From Bryobacteraceae bacterium (GTDB lineage Bacteria > Acidobacteriota > Terriglobia > Bryobacterales > Bryobacteraceae), in the NCBI GenBank assembly GCA_963801345.1, contig CAWDER010000010.1, forward strand, positions 61,325 through 125,324: a DNA stretch of 64,000 bases, given 5' to 3'. This document shows positions 19,516 to 29,941 of the stretch, in pieces. The notes beneath the pieces were generated by a model. That model saw only the letters and a list, made by a program, of their open reading frames with translations. It searched no databases and was not told where the DNA came from. How positions within the stretch are numbered: position 1 is the first letter of the stretch; each line of letters starts with the position of its first letter. A program made the position numbers and the translations under genes.

Positions 19516-20613
19516 CTAACCCAATTTCCGGAGCGCGAAGGCGCAGGCTCCGACGGCCACGGCCTGGCTGGTGCCGAGGCGTGAAAGGCCGACACCCGTT
19601 CGGGGCATGGGGTCGTGGCGGATTTTGCGCGAAGATCCATAGACGGTGATCTCGCGCTGCTCTCCGGCCAGGAAGGCTTGGAGCTGAGCCGGGTCCTCCA
19701 GGTTGAACACCTTTGGAACCAGGCGCCGGAAGCGGCCGCCGGTACCTTCGAAGTCGGCGTTCGCGGCGTCCACCAGCGGGGGCAGGAACAGAGCGCTGGC
19801 CCCGGAGATGCCGCCGCCGATCACAGCCAGGCCGTCCACCAGGGTGAGGGCTTGCGCGAGCACGTCGCCCGCAACCTCTCCCATGCGCCGGAATGCCTCG
19901 ATGGCCGCGCTCCGGTTGCCTTCGGCCCGGCCCATGCCGATCTCGAAAATGTCCTTGGGCTCCGGCGCAATCTCAAATGGCATCCCGCATTCCTGGGCGT
20001 AGACACGGCGCACGGCGCGAATGGCGGCACCCTCCTCCGCGTTGATGGTGGGGTCGAGCTTGTTCCGCGACAGCCAGACTTCCCCGGCGTTGGAGTTGTC
20101 CCCGATGAACAACTCGCCGTCGCGCACGATGCCGCCGCCCAGGCCCGTTCCCAGCGCGAGTCCGAAGAGGATCTTGTAGCGCTTCGGACTGCCGGCCTTT
20201 TCGAGCAGGCCGTTCACATAGGGAAGGAAGCCGGCGATGGCCTCTCCATACACGAACAGGTCGCCGTCGTTGTTGATGAATACCGGAATCCCGAACCTGT
20301 CCTCGAGGAATGCGCCCAGGGCCACTCCGCCGCGAAACGCCGGTAGATTGCCGATGTTCATGATGATACCGGCGGGATAGTCGGCCGGTCCGGGGAAGGC
20401 GAAACTGATCGCCACGGGCGGCAGCGGCACAAGGTCTTGTATGATCTGGAAGCCCTTGACGATGTTGCCGAGGCAGCGATCGAGGTCGTTGGCTTCGGAC
20501 GGAATCGAGATCGGGCCGGCCAGCAATTGGTCGCCGCGAATGGCGGAAAATTTCAGGTTCGTGCCGCCGGCGTCGAGTGTCAGTACGATGCGCGGGTCTT
20601 TGCTGAATTCCAT
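19516..20613 (-). CDS. ROK-family sugar kinase
   Basis: 365 aa. LTLDAGGTNLKF ATP motif, ROK signature region and Gly-rich loops. Confidence 0.85.
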   Translation of the reverse strand: MEFSKDPRIVLTLDAGGTNLKFSAIRGDQLLAGPISIPSEANDLDRCLGNIVKGFQIIQDLVPLPPVAISFAFPGPADYPAGIIMNIGNLPAFRGGVALGAFLEDRFGIPVFINNDGDLFVYGEAIAGFLPYVNGLLEKAGSPKRYKILFGLALGTGLGGGIVRDGELFIGDNSNAGEVWLSRNKLDPTINAEEGAAIRAVRRVYAQECGMPFEIAPEPKDIFEIGMGRAEGNRSAAIEAFRRMGEVAGDVLAQALTLVDGLAVIGGGISGASALFLPPLVDAANADFEGTGGRFRRLVPKVFNLEDPAQLQAFLAGEQREITVYGSSRKIRHDPMPRTGVGLSRLGTSQAVAVGACAFALRKLG

Positions 20614-20637
20614 CTGAATGGTCTCCCCTGTTGCTGC

Positions 20638-21837
20638 CTAAGCCGCTGCCGGCGCTTTCCGGAAACTCATCAAAGCCACCCACAAGATGTACAGGATCGC
20701 CATCAGCGGCACGAAGAAGCCCGTCTGGACGGAGCCGGAGGCATCGGCCAGCCAGCCCATCAGCGGTGGCACAAAAGCGCCGCCGACAATCGCCATCACC
20801 ATCAGGCCCGACAATGCGTTGGTGTGTTCCGGCATGCGGTCGATGGTGATCGAGAAGACCAGCGGGAAGATGTTGGCGAAACCGAGCCCGACCAGGAAGA
20901 AGCTGATTCCGGCGACGGTGCCGCTGGGGATGAACAAGCCCAGCAGCCCCACAACGGACAGCACGCAGGTGATGGCGAAGAACACCTTCGGCTTAAGCCA
21001 GTTGAGGATCACCCCGCCGGAGAAGCGGCCGATCGTCAGCGCCAGGAAGAACAGCCCCGTGCCAAGCAGGCCGACCTTGTTAATGTCCACGCCGAAACGG
21101 TCCTTCAAATAGAGGGGCGCTCCGGAGCTTACGCACACCTCAGCGCCAACGTACAGGAAAATGGCGAGCACCATCATGGTCACGTAGCCGCTCTTCAGCA
21201 AGGCCAGACAGGAGCCGACGGTGGCCGGCTTGCGGCCGTCGGGGGCAGAGGCGGCCGGCACTTTCAAGGTCAGCCCGGCGATCAGCGCGATGGCGATGGC
21301 CACGCTGTAGACCGGGAAAACCACCTGCCAGCCGAGGCCGAAGGCACTGGCGGCGATCACCGGGATCAGCGGGCCCGAGAGCGATCCGATGGCCTTGACG
21401 AACTGAGCGAGCGAGAGGTTCCGGGAGTACTTATCTTCGGCCGAGACGTCCCGCATCAGGGGATTCCCGGCAACCTGGAGGGTAGTGCCGCCGGCGCCCA
21501 ACAACAGGATGGTCAGCAGAAAAACCGGGAACGTCGACAGCCCCATGAGGGTGGGGATCAGCACGCTCCCCAGCATGATGGCGAGACCCAGAATCAGGAT
21601 GAACTTTTTGCCCTTCTTGTCCTGATAGATCCCCATGGGCACCGCCAGGATTCCGAACATGATGAAGCCGGTGAAGGCGACCAGTTGGGCGGTGAAGTTT
21701 GAGAGATCGAACTGCTGCTTGGCCTGGCTGACGAAGGGGCCCACCGCGTCCAGGAATCCCATGGCGAGAAAGGCCAGAAAGACGGGGACTGCTTGTGCCG
21801 GCGAAACTGCCTGGGCGGGGGCTGAACGTGATGACAT
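20638..21837 (-). CDS. MFS sugar transporter (glucose/galactose/FucP-like)
   Basis: 399 aa with 12 hydrophobic segments. Lies upstream of, and is co-oriented with, the ROK kinase gene. Confidence 0.85.
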   Translation of the reverse strand: MSSRSAPAQAVSPAQAVPVFLAFLAMGFLDAVGPFVSQAKQQFDLSNFTAQLVAFTGFIMFGILAVPMGIYQDKKGKKFILILGLAIMLGSVLIPTLMGLSTFPVFLLTILLLGAGGTTLQVAGNPLMRDVSAEDKYSRNLSLAQFVKAIGSLSGPLIPVIAASAFGLGWQVVFPVYSVAIAIALIAGLTLKVPAASAPDGRKPATVGSCLALLKSGYVTMMVLAIFLYVGAEVCVSSGAPLYLKDRFGVDINKVGLLGTGLFFLALTIGRFSGGVILNWLKPKVFFAITCVLSVVGLLGLFIPSGTVAGISFFLVGLGFANIFPLVFSITIDRMPEHTNALSGLMVMAIVGGAFVPPLMGWLADASGSVQTGFFVPLMAILYILWVALMSFRKAPAAA

Positions 21838-21863
21838 AGGGACACGGTAGCACGAACAGAGAA

Positions 21864-21951
21864 TTCAGAACACAGAACTCAGAACACAGAATGCCGCCCG
21901 CGCTCCGGAACTCCGGCTTCCTAGTTCTGGGTTCTGAGTTCTGTGTTCTTC
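21864..21951. repeat. octamer-periodic long hairpin
   Basis: CAGAACACAGAACTCAGAACACAGAA pairs with TTCTGGGTTCTGAGTTCTGTGTTCTT (24 of 26) around a 33-nt loop. Sits between the blaR1 stop and the MFS start. Confidence 0.75.
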
Positions 21952-21965
21952 TTGCCGCCCATTCC

Positions 21966-23366
21966 TCATTCCTTGTCCATGCGCACCATTTTCCAGACGC
22001 CGTCTTTGTCCTTGGCGAGCAGGATCTTCGGGCCGGGGAATTCGCCCTTCTCGTACTTGCTTTGGAAGCGGATGCTGATGCCGTCTCCGAGTTCCATGGG
22101 GAGCCCTGCGATGTACTCGATCTGCGCGGCCTTGCGCGAAACCACTGCGCCGCGCTCGGCGGCTTCGAGGCGGCGCAGTTCCGTGCACAGACCGGCCCAG
22201 GTCTCCCGTGAAATCTTCCCTTTCACTACGGAGTGCATTCCTTCCCACGCCTGGCCGCAATCGCCGGAATCGAGAACCGCTGTCCAGGCCGTGGCGGACT
22301 TTATCGCGGCATCGACGGGGGGCGACTGCGGGTCCGCCGCGCCGAGGGCCACCGGGGCGCCCGATCCGGCCTGCTGCGCTGCGCCGGTTCGGGCGTCCAC
22401 CATGAAAACAACACCGAGCACGAGCAGAATCGCCACGGAAGCGAAAACAGATGCGTGCTGACCTTTCTTGTATGCGGCCACCATTTGAATCCTCCTTTTA
22501 ACTTGATTGACATCCTCGGTGATTGCCGCCAACGAGGGCAGGCGCTTCGGCTGGGCCCAGGTGTTGAGCAAATCGAGGATGGTGTGTCCGTAATCGCCGG
22601 ACTCGTTATCCTGCAAGCGCGCGAGCGCCAGTTCGTCGCACGCCAGTTCCCTGTCGAGGCGCGCCTGCTGGAAGGCGAGCCAGACCAGCGGATTGAACCA
22701 GTGGAGCGCTTGCGCTCCAGCAGCCAGCCAATTGAGGGCGATGTCGTGTCGCTTGAGGTGCGCCAACTCGTGCAGAAAGACGTGCCGTAATCGATCCTGG
22801 CTCAGGGTGTCGAGGATGCTGGGCGGGAGGAGCAGCCGCGGCCTGATCCAACCAAAGAGCGCGGGAGCCCTCGTGTGGGGCGTCTCGACGATGGCCAGGT
22901 AGGTGCGAATCCCGAGTTCCTCCTTGCAGTCCTCGAGCAGCTCGAGAATGGCTTTATCCGTGACGGGTCGACGCCCGCGAAACGCCAGGATCGTCGAGAC
23001 CGCCTGCGCCAGCAGCCAGATTGCGAAGCTCGCCGCGCCAATCAGCCAGACCGCCGTAATGGCGCTGACGCGCCCTTGGTCCGGCGAGACGGCCTTGCTT
23101 TGCACGACGACGTCACCGACGAGGGTGGTAACCGCGGGCGGTCGTGCCGTGGCTGTCTGGATCGGACTGGGGACGACGCTGTATATGGAAAAACGGCTCG
23201 ACGGCGTCCATGGGAGAAGCAGGCGGAGTAGTACCAGGAGCCAAAGCGCGTGCCGCCACTGGGCCGGCATGCGCCGCCCGAGCAGCCAGCGAACCAGGAA
23301 CACCGCGCATATCAGCAGGCTGGCCTGCCACGACATCTCCAGCAACCTGCTGGTGAAGGTCCCCAT
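21966..23366 (-). CDS. blaR1: BlaR1-type M56 peptidase signal transducer with DUF4019-like C-terminal domain
   Basis: Start is MGTFTSRLLEMSWQASLLI at 23366, 8 nt after the blaI stop. HEXXH motif is FLHELAHLKRHD. The 620-aa listed ORF is read-through across blaI in another frame. Confidence 0.85.
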   Translation of the reverse strand: MGTFTSRLLEMSWQASLLICAVFLVRWLLGRRMPAQWRHALWLLVLLRLLLPWTPSSRFSIYSVVPSPIQTATARPPAVTTLVGDVVVQSKAVSPDQGRVSAITAVWLIGAASFAIWLLAQAVSTILAFRGRRPVTDKAILELLEDCKEELGIRTYLAIVETPHTRAPALFGWIRPRLLLPPSILDTLSQDRLRHVFLHELAHLKRHDIALNWLAAGAQALHWFNPLVWLAFQQARLDRELACDELALARLQDNESGDYGHTILDLLNTWAQPKRLPSLAAITEDVNQVKRRIQMVAAYKKGQHASVFASVAILLVLGVVFMVDARTGAAQQAGSGAPVALGAADPQSPPVDAAIKSATAWTAVLDSGDCGQAWEGMHSVVKGKISRETWAGLCTELRRLEAAERGAVVSRKAAQIEYIAGLPMELGDGISIRFQSKYEKGEFPGPKILLAKDKDGVWKMVRMDKE

Positions 23367-23374
23367 GGCTGGAA

Positions 23375-23791
23375 TCACGGTTTTGCCTTTCCGCCCTTCG
23401 GGCCCGCCGGCTTCTTCTCGTCCAGAATCCGCCGCAGCTCCGCGATGTCCTGTTTGGTGAGGGTGGTCTCCTCGACAAAGTGGGCCAGCATCGGCTGGAC
23501 CGCGCCTCCGTAGACCCGCTCGAGAAACGACCGACTCTCGACTCTCACGCACTCGCGCTCGGCCACCTTGGGGTAGTACAGGTGGGTGCGCGCCTCTTTG
23601 TTGAAGCCCACGGCGCCCTTGTCCACCAACCGGTTGATGAGGGTGAGGACGGTCTTTGGATTCCAGCGAGTGTCCTCGTCGAGCGCCGCGACCACATCCC
23701 TGGCCGTGGCCGGGGATTTTGCCCAGAGCACGCGCATGATGAGCCACTCGGCGTCGGAGATCCGTGGAATAGAAGTCTTTTCGCGCGTCAT
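23375..23791 (-). CDS. blaI: BlaI/MecI/CopY-family transcriptional repressor
   Basis: 138 aa. Winged-helix N-terminus (ISDAEWLIMRVLWAKSPATARDVV...WNPKTVLTLINRLVDKG). Confidence 0.9.
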   Translation of the reverse strand: MTREKTSIPRISDAEWLIMRVLWAKSPATARDVVAALDEDTRWNPKTVLTLINRLVDKGAVGFNKEARTHLYYPKVAERECVRVESRSFLERVYGGAVQPMLAHFVEETTLTKQDIAELRRILDEKKPAGPKGGKAKP

Positions 23792-23828
23792 GGATTACAA
23801 GTGTAATCCATGTACGGGTTGCTGTCAA
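23789..23828 (-). promoter_or_regulatory. candidate blaI-blaR1 promoter with 24-bp palindromic operator
   Basis: On the minus strand: TTGACA (23828-23823), 17 nt, TACACT (23805-23800), 8 nt, ATG. The perfect palindrome CATGGATTACA-AG-TGTAATCCATG (23789-23812) covers the -10 box and the start codon. Confidence 0.55.
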
Positions 23829-23881
23829 GAGAAAAGTATTTCGACTACTGGGGGGCGCCGCATTGGTAGAATTGAGGCTGG

Positions 23882-24109
23882 ATGACGAAGCGGGAGCAGT
23901 ACGCAGAGCGAGGCCGGCAGTGGGCGGCGTTTCACCGTTGGGAGGCGGAGCAGGCCCCGGTCGAGCGGACGCCCGCCGCTATTCTGGCGGACATCGGGGC
24001 GATCCGGGAATGGCTCCCACGCGAGGCGCAGATGGCGGACCCGGATCCGGAAAAACTCGGCATCCAGAAGATGCGGCAAGGGCTGGCGCGGCTCGGCAGG
24101 GCTCGGTGA
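23882..24109 (+). CDS. hypothetical small protein
   Basis: 75-aa ORF. Its stop overlaps a GTG (GTGA) that opens the nucleotidyltransferase-like frame. Confidence 0.4.
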   Translation: MTKREQYAERGRQWAAFHRWEAEQAPVERTPAAILADIGAIREWLPREAQMADPDPEKLGIQKMRQGLARLGRAR

Positions 24110-24428
24110 CCGAACTCGAGGCAGCGCTGGGGGAACTGGTATCCTCCCTGGAGGCCCTCGGTATTCCTTACGCCTTAATCGGCGGGCTGGCGGTTTCCGC
24201 GTTCAGCCCCTTCCGAAGAACTCCGTGGAATTCGTGCGGGCCACCCACGTGGTGCCTTTGACGACCCCCCAATCGGTGCGGGCCGACGTCGTCTTCGGCA
24301 TCCTACCGGTGGAGGAGGATATCGTGCAGCGCGCGACCCGTGAGGATCGCGGGTGCGGCGCTCGAGTGGCGTTCCGATGGAGTACTCCGAGCCGACTGAA
24401 GTCGGCCTCGAACGGGTACGCCATCTAG
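24106..24428 (+). pseudogene. nucleotidyltransferase-family gene, disrupted
   Basis: N-terminal LEALGIPYALIGGLAVSA is in one frame. The C-terminal-like VRADVVFGILPVEEDIVQRAT is in another frame (24225-24428). The middle section appears to be missing. Confidence 0.45.
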
Positions 24429-24612
24429 CAGACGCCGCCTGTTGCTTCGCCGGCTAGCCTCAAGATCGACCAAGAATCAAGAGCCCAGGCTCGCGGACCT
24501 CGCAGAGAGGCTGGCCAGCGAACCGGCAGATCTGTCACGCATCTTGGTTGTCTGCGATCAAGGCCGGTTCCGGTATCGACTGTCCCCGGTTGAACCGTTC
24601 TGCCCAGCCGAC

Positions 24613-24643
24613 GCAGGCGACGGAAAACGATCGCCTGCGCCAC
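24613..24643 (-). repeat. REPIN-type hairpin module, single copy
   Basis: Reverse complement is GTGGCGCAGGCGATCGTTTTCCGTCGCCTGC. The stem is GCAGGCGA/TCGCCTGC. Confidence 0.7.
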
Positions 24644-24672
24644 CAGGGGTCAGCGTGTACTGTCCCTGGTTG

Positions 24673-27600
24673 TTAGTCGGTGTTGAAGCCTTCGATTAGC
24701 ATGCGCGGGGGTTCCCGGCGCGCGTCGGCGATCTCGAGCTCGGTCAGGATGGTGCGCGATTCTCCCGGCATCAGGGCGATGTAATTGTCGCTGTAGATGG
24801 CGGGGAGAATGCGGTCGCCGCTCCTAGCACGGACGGCCTTCAGCCGGATGAGCAGCGCCGGGGTCTTGGACGGATTCTTCATCGTGGTGCTGAGCTCCCA
24901 GCGGCCGCCCTGCTGGGCGGCTGTCGTCCTGGCCTCAAGTTTCACCTTCGGCAATTCGCGGATGGCGCGGAAATCGCCCTCTTGCACGCCGCGCATGTAG
25001 AAGTTGCTGGAAACCCTCCGGGCGCCCTGGTTGAGAGTCATGCGGAGGAAGTGGGTGGGCGAAAGGCCGGCCGGGAATTCGAGCTTGATGGGAGATGCAA
25101 CGCTGTCTTCCCGACTGTCGAGGGTAGCCGTCTTCTCCCACTGGCGCGTGCCGTCGATGTTGAGGATCTCGACGCGCGCGGTCAGCCCGGTCTGGTTGCC
25201 GGCGCTGTAGTTGACGACTTCGACGGCGTCCGTCGAGGGGTTCCACTGAATGTGCAGCGGCTCGGAACCCTTCTTCGCTCCGAAGTAGGCGGCGGTGGGC
25301 TCGAAGAAGTAGTCGTAGGTCTGCCACACGAAAGTCGGCCAGGATGGATGGCTCATCCAGATGAGCAGGCCCATGCGGTTCTTGCTCTGCGCCTCGAACA
25401 TGGCGCGATGGCCGTCGTAGTTGACGAACTGGGCCAACTCGGCCCACTCCTCGGCGCTCTTTGCGCCGCCGTAGCCCTTGTCGATGGTGTCGCGGAAGGA
25501 CTGGCCGCCCTGGGCGCCGGCGGTGGTGAAATCGTGCAGGCCCCACACGGCGGCCTGAGGCCACATGTCCTTCTCGGCCATGGTCAGGCGGATGCTGTCC
25601 AGGGTCATGATATTGGGCATGCCCATCTCGCTGTGCAGCTTGGGCGTGGCGCGCTGCAGGAAGTAGTTCTTGAGAGGCTGCATGCGGTAGGGACCGCCGC
25701 CGCTCACCACTCCCATCGCGGAGTTCGAGATGTAGTGGATGCCGGGGTGGATCTCGGGCAGCAGGGCCCGGATCGGTTTGTCGATCTCGGGCGGCGGGTC
25801 CCCCTCGTTGCGCCCGACGTAGATTCCGATCGAAGGATGACTGCGGATCTTGAGAACGTAGTCCTTCACGTTGGCCATGAAGAGGGCGGGATCGTCGGGG
25901 TTCGGACCGTCGACGGGGTTGGCCAGCCAGAAGTCCTGCCACACCATGATGCCGTACTTGTCGCAGGCGTCATAGAAGGCCTCGTCGCCGGTCTGCCCGA
26001 CCCAGTTGCGGATCATGGTGAAGTTCATGTCCTTGTGGTACCGGACGGCGACGTCGTATTCGCGGGCGCGGTAGCGCAGGTTCGACTCGGGGTGGCCCCA
26101 GTTTCCGCCGCGGGCGATGAAGCGCCGGCCATTCACCCAGAGTCTGAGATTGCCGCCCTCCTCGCTGTGAGTCATCTGGCGGACGCCGCTCCGGAAGGAC
26201 TTCGAATCGGAGACGGTCTTGTCCGCCGCCACGAATTCGAGTTTCACCGGATAGAGGTACTGATCGCCGTATCCGTTGGGCCACCAGAGCTTGGGATTGG
26301 CCAGCCGCAGCGCCGGCGTGGTGGATGGATCGAGCTTGACGGTCTTGGTGGCGGAAGCTTCCAGCGTTACCGGCGCTGCAAACGCCGTCGTTCCGAACGT
26401 GCCCCGGAGGGTTCCCGCGACCGGTCCGGGCCTCCAGGTTCCGCAGGGTCGCCTCGACGGAAAGGTCCGCGCGCGAGGTGTCCGGCAGCGGCAGCGTCGA
26501 GTTCACGAACGGATTCTCCAGAGCCACGGCGCCGGTCGAGGTGAGGTAAACGTCGGCCCAAATGCCGTCGTCGCGGCCGCGGACCGGCGGAATCCAGTCC
26601 CAGCCGACGGTGGCGTGGTAAGGTCGGATTGTCGGCGCCGAGCGCGCCGCCGTTCAGCCCGGTGCTCAGAGCGGTCTTCTCCTTGATGCTGCCCGGGGTG
26701 GCGTTCTTGATGACCAGAACCGCGATCGCGTTCTTGACGCCCGGCCGGATCTGTTTGGTCACGTCGAACTTGCCGCGCATGAAAGCCCCGTCGATGCGGC
26801 CCACCTTCTCGCCGTTCACGTAGACGTCGGCCTTCCAGTTGATGCCGTCGAAGTTTAGCCAGACGTGCTTGCGGGGGCCGGCGGCAGGCGCGACGAACTC
26901 GTTGCGGTACCAGAAATCGGCGTAGAAAAAGGAGTCGGAAATCTGCAACTGGTTGTCGCCGAAATCCGGGTTGGGGATCGCGCCCACGTTCAGGTAGCTG
27001 ACCAGGGTAGTGGCGGGCACGGTGGCAATCACCCAGTCGGTGTCCTGAAAACCGACCTTGGAGATGGCGTCGGGGCCGCCCTTGACGAGGGAATCGCGCT
27101 GCACGCGCCAGGCGCCGCCGGCGAGCAGGCGCCGGCCGCCGGCCTGCGCCAGCGGGGCCGCTTTGGGCCGGGCCACGGGGCCGCCGCGGCCGAAGACTTC
27201 CAACTCACTTAAGACGTAACCTTCCGGAGAAGCGGCCTGGGTCATCAGAACGCGGACGTAGCGCCCCTTGGCCGGCTGCGCCAGCTTGATGTCGTCTGTC
27301 AGGCCAGGGCCCGAGGGGAGCGCTTGGAGGGTGGTCCACTTTGCGGCATCCTCGGACACCTGCACCGAGCCAGCGGAGGCGCGGCGGATCCAACTCAGCG
27401 TGACGCGGTCGAAAGCGCAAGGCGCGCCGAGATCGACGTACACCCAATCCTCGCCCGTGCCCGCGCTCATCCAGGCGCTGGTGAAGGAATACGGACCGCC
27501 AATCTTCACCCGCGCGCCCTTGTTGAACATGAACACTTCCGAAAAATTCCAGCGGGTGTTCGCGGGACCCGTCAGCTCCAGCCGGAAGAACCGGCTGCGG

Positions 27601-28226
27601 GAAGGCGAATAGAGCTGGACGGCCGGCCGGAATCCGGGTCCCATAGGACGCTCGCTGCCGCCGGTCTGTCCCAACTCCTTCCAGGACTGCCCGTCGTCGG
27701 ACCCGGACACGAGGAAGGTCCAAGGACCCGGCTGCGGCTGCGCGGCTGGTTGCGGGCCACCGCGTCCCGGGAAGCCGCTAAAGCCGGCGCGGGGAACCAC
27801 TTCGAATTTATCCACCTCGAGCGGTGCGGCGCCGCCGCGCAATTCGAATTGGATCCACACCTTGGGGCCGGTGATGGCGGTTGCGGAGGTCACATTGTCA
27901 TCGAGCAACGTCTCGCGATCGATGCGGGAGAGCTCACCGGGCGTGTTGTTGGGACCACCGGCGCTCGTCGAAACCGCAATCGTCCGGGGCATCACCGTGT
28001 CTTTGATCCCGTCGGTGATCAAGGTCGCGGTCAGGTTGTAGTCGTAACTCGAGGAGTGATAGGCCGCGCGTCGCAACGCCAGGTTGCGATAGTTGGCCGA
28101 ATCGATTGCCATCGAGGGCCCAAAGAACTGCCTCGGATCGCCGGGATAGACGCCCAGGCCGCGCGTGAAGTTCTGCGCACTGATCATCGACGCCGACATC
28201 AGGATCAAGGCGACGGCATGTTTCAT
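24673..28226 (-). CDS. GH2-family glycoside hydrolase (exo-glucosaminidase/mannosidase-like) with N-terminal discoidin-like domain; two apparent +1 frame disruptions
   Basis: Signal peptide MKHAVALILMSASMISA at 28226. Homology runs through three frames, switching at about 26620 (GADNPT|YHATVGWDWIPP) and about 26415 (ARTGR|GTLRGTFG). The TIM-barrel part (MIRNWVGQ, VWQDFW, GRNEG) lies in ORF 24673-26247. Confidence 0.8.
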
Positions 28227-28285
28227 TTCAGAATCACCTCGTTCGGTACGCACGTAAGACAGGCGGTTTCGCCTGACTACCCGAA

Positions 28286-29254
28286 TCAAAGAGCACGCGC
28301 GGCGGCTTTGGCGAAGTAGGTCAGGATGACGCCGGCGCCGGCGCGGCGGATGGAGGTCAAGCTCTCGAGCATGGCGCGGTCGTGGTCCAGCCAGCCGTTG
28401 CGCGCCGCGGCCACGATCATACTGAATTCGCCGCTCACCTGGTATGCGGCGACGGGCACGTCGAAGCGGTCTCGAGCCTGGCGGATCAAATCGAGATAGG
28501 GCATGGCCGGCTTCACCATGATCATGTCGGCGCCCTCTTCGATATCCAATTCGATCTCGCGCATGGCCTCCCGCCCGTTGGCCGGGTCCATCTGGTAGCT
28601 GCGCCGGTCGCCGAACTGGGGGGCCGATTCGGCGGCTTCGCGGAAGGGGCCATAGAAGACCGAAGCGAACTTGGCGGCGTAGGAGAGGATGGGAGTCTTC
28701 TGGAAGCCGCTCTGGTCGAGGGTCTTGCGAATGGCGGCCACGCGGCCGTCCATCATGTCGGAAGGCGCGACGATGTCGGCTCCGGCCCGCGCGTGGGAAA
28801 GCGCGGAAGCGGCCAGCCATTCGAGGGTGGCGTCGTTATCCACGTCGCCATCCACCACCTTGCCGCAATGCCCGTGGCTGGTGTACTCGCAGTTGCAGAC
28901 GTCGGTGATCACGACCAACCGCGGGACCTCGCGCTTGATGGCGCGCACGGCGCGCTGCACGATACCGTCTTCGGCGTAACCCTCCGAGGCCCATTCGTCC
29001 TTGGTTTCCGGGAGGCCGAACAGCATCACGCCGCCGATGCCGAGCGACGCGGTTTCCGCGCATTCCTTGACGAGCTCGTCGACGGAAAGCTGATAGTTGC
29101 CCGGCATGGCGCCGATCTCGCGGCGCACGCCTTCGCCCGGGCAGGCGAACAGCGGCAGCACGAACTGCGAGGGCTCCAGGTGGGTTTCGCGCACCAGGTT
29201 GCGCAGGGATTCGGTGGCGCGCAGCCGCCGCATGCGTTGGATGGGAAAGGCCAT
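28286..29254 (-). CDS. hemB: porphobilinogen synthase (delta-aminolevulinate dehydratase)
   Basis: 322 aa. Cys-rich metal site [14 protein letters not shown]; active-site Lys regions VAPSDMMDG and MVKPA. Confidence 0.95.
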   Translation of the reverse strand: MAFPIQRMRRLRATESLRNLVRETHLEPSQFVLPLFACPGEGVRREIGAMPGNYQLSVDELVKECAETASLGIGGVMLFGLPETKDEWASEGYAEDGIVQRAVRAIKREVPRLVVITDVCNCEYTSHGHCGKVVDGDVDNDATLEWLAASALSHARAGADIVAPSDMMDGRVAAIRKTLDQSGFQKTPILSYAAKFASVFYGPFREAAESAPQFGDRRSYQMDPANGREAMREIELDIEEGADMIMVKPAMPYLDLIRQARDRFDVPVAAYQVSGEFSMIVAAARNGWLDHDRAMLESLTSIRRAGAGVILTYFAKAAARAL

Positions 29255-29284
29255 ACTCAGGATTCTAGCGCGGTGCGGGGGGGG

Positions 29285-29692
29285 CTAACGATCAGGGGAC
29301 CGGCCCCCGAGGTCGATTAGACCCACGCTAATTCCAAGCGCCTGGTCCACTCTCCGCATCGTGCCGGCGCTGGCCCGGCCGACGCGCCGGATGAGACGCC
29401 GGCGGTCGACGGAGCGGACCTGGTTCAAGACCACCGCCGATCTTTGCGGCAAGCCACTCTCCTGAGGTTCCATGACGACCTCCGTTGGATACGGCGGGGC
29501 GCCGAACTTCGAAGTGATGGCAGCCACGATGGTGATAGGGCTATACCGGTTGGCGATGTCGTTTTGGATCACCAACGCCGGCCGCGTCTTCTTGATCTCG
29601 TGCCCTTTCGTGGGATCGAAGTCGACCAGGTAGATGTCACCACGGCGGGGCTGGGCTACGGTTTGGTTTTCTTCAGCTTTCGGGGCAGCCAT
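29285..29692 (-). CDS. mazF: type II toxin, MazF/PemK-family endoribonuclease
   Basis: RGDIYLVDFDPTKGHEIKKTRPALVIQND signature. Confidence 0.85.
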   Translation of the reverse strand: MAAPKAEENQTVAQPRRGDIYLVDFDPTKGHEIKKTRPALVIQNDIANRYSPITIVAAITSKFGAPPYPTEVVMEPQESGLPQRSAVVLNQVRSVDRRRLIRRVGRASAGTMRRVDQALGISVGLIDLGGRSPDR

Positions 29693-29916
29693 GCTTCCTC
29701 ATCGAGCGTGAACCAATCCTCCGCAATCTCCAGATCCCGCTGGGCGCTGGCCACGGCGCCCCGCTTTAGCCGCTTGGCCAGATTGCGCTTGGCATTGGCG
29801 GTCACGTAGTACGTCACCGCCTCGGAAATGAGGCGGCTCCGGCTGCCTCTGGGAGCCAGCCGGTCAAGCACTCTGACGGTCTCCTCAGGGAGGAGGACGT
29901 TAATGCGCGTGTTCAT
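29656..29916 (-). CDS. mazE: ribbon-helix-helix (CopG-like) antitoxin
   Basis: 86 aa from the internal Met (MNTRINVLLPEETVRVLDRL). Lies upstream of mazF and overlaps it. Confidence 0.65.
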   Translation of the reverse strand: MNTRINVLLPEETVRVLDRLAPRGSRSRLISEAVTYYVTANAKRNLAKRLKRGAVASAQRDLEIAEDWFTLDEEAWLPRKLKKTKP

Positions 29917-29941
29917 GGGGATACATCCTGAACTGATCCTA

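Noticed and set aside
21966-23828. The 620-aa ORF as a single BlaI-BlaR1 fusion protein.
   Set aside because: The upstream 150 aa or so are Arg/Gly-rich read-through in the blaR1 frame. The real BlaI is encoded in a different frame (23375-23791) and has a clear winged-helix domain.
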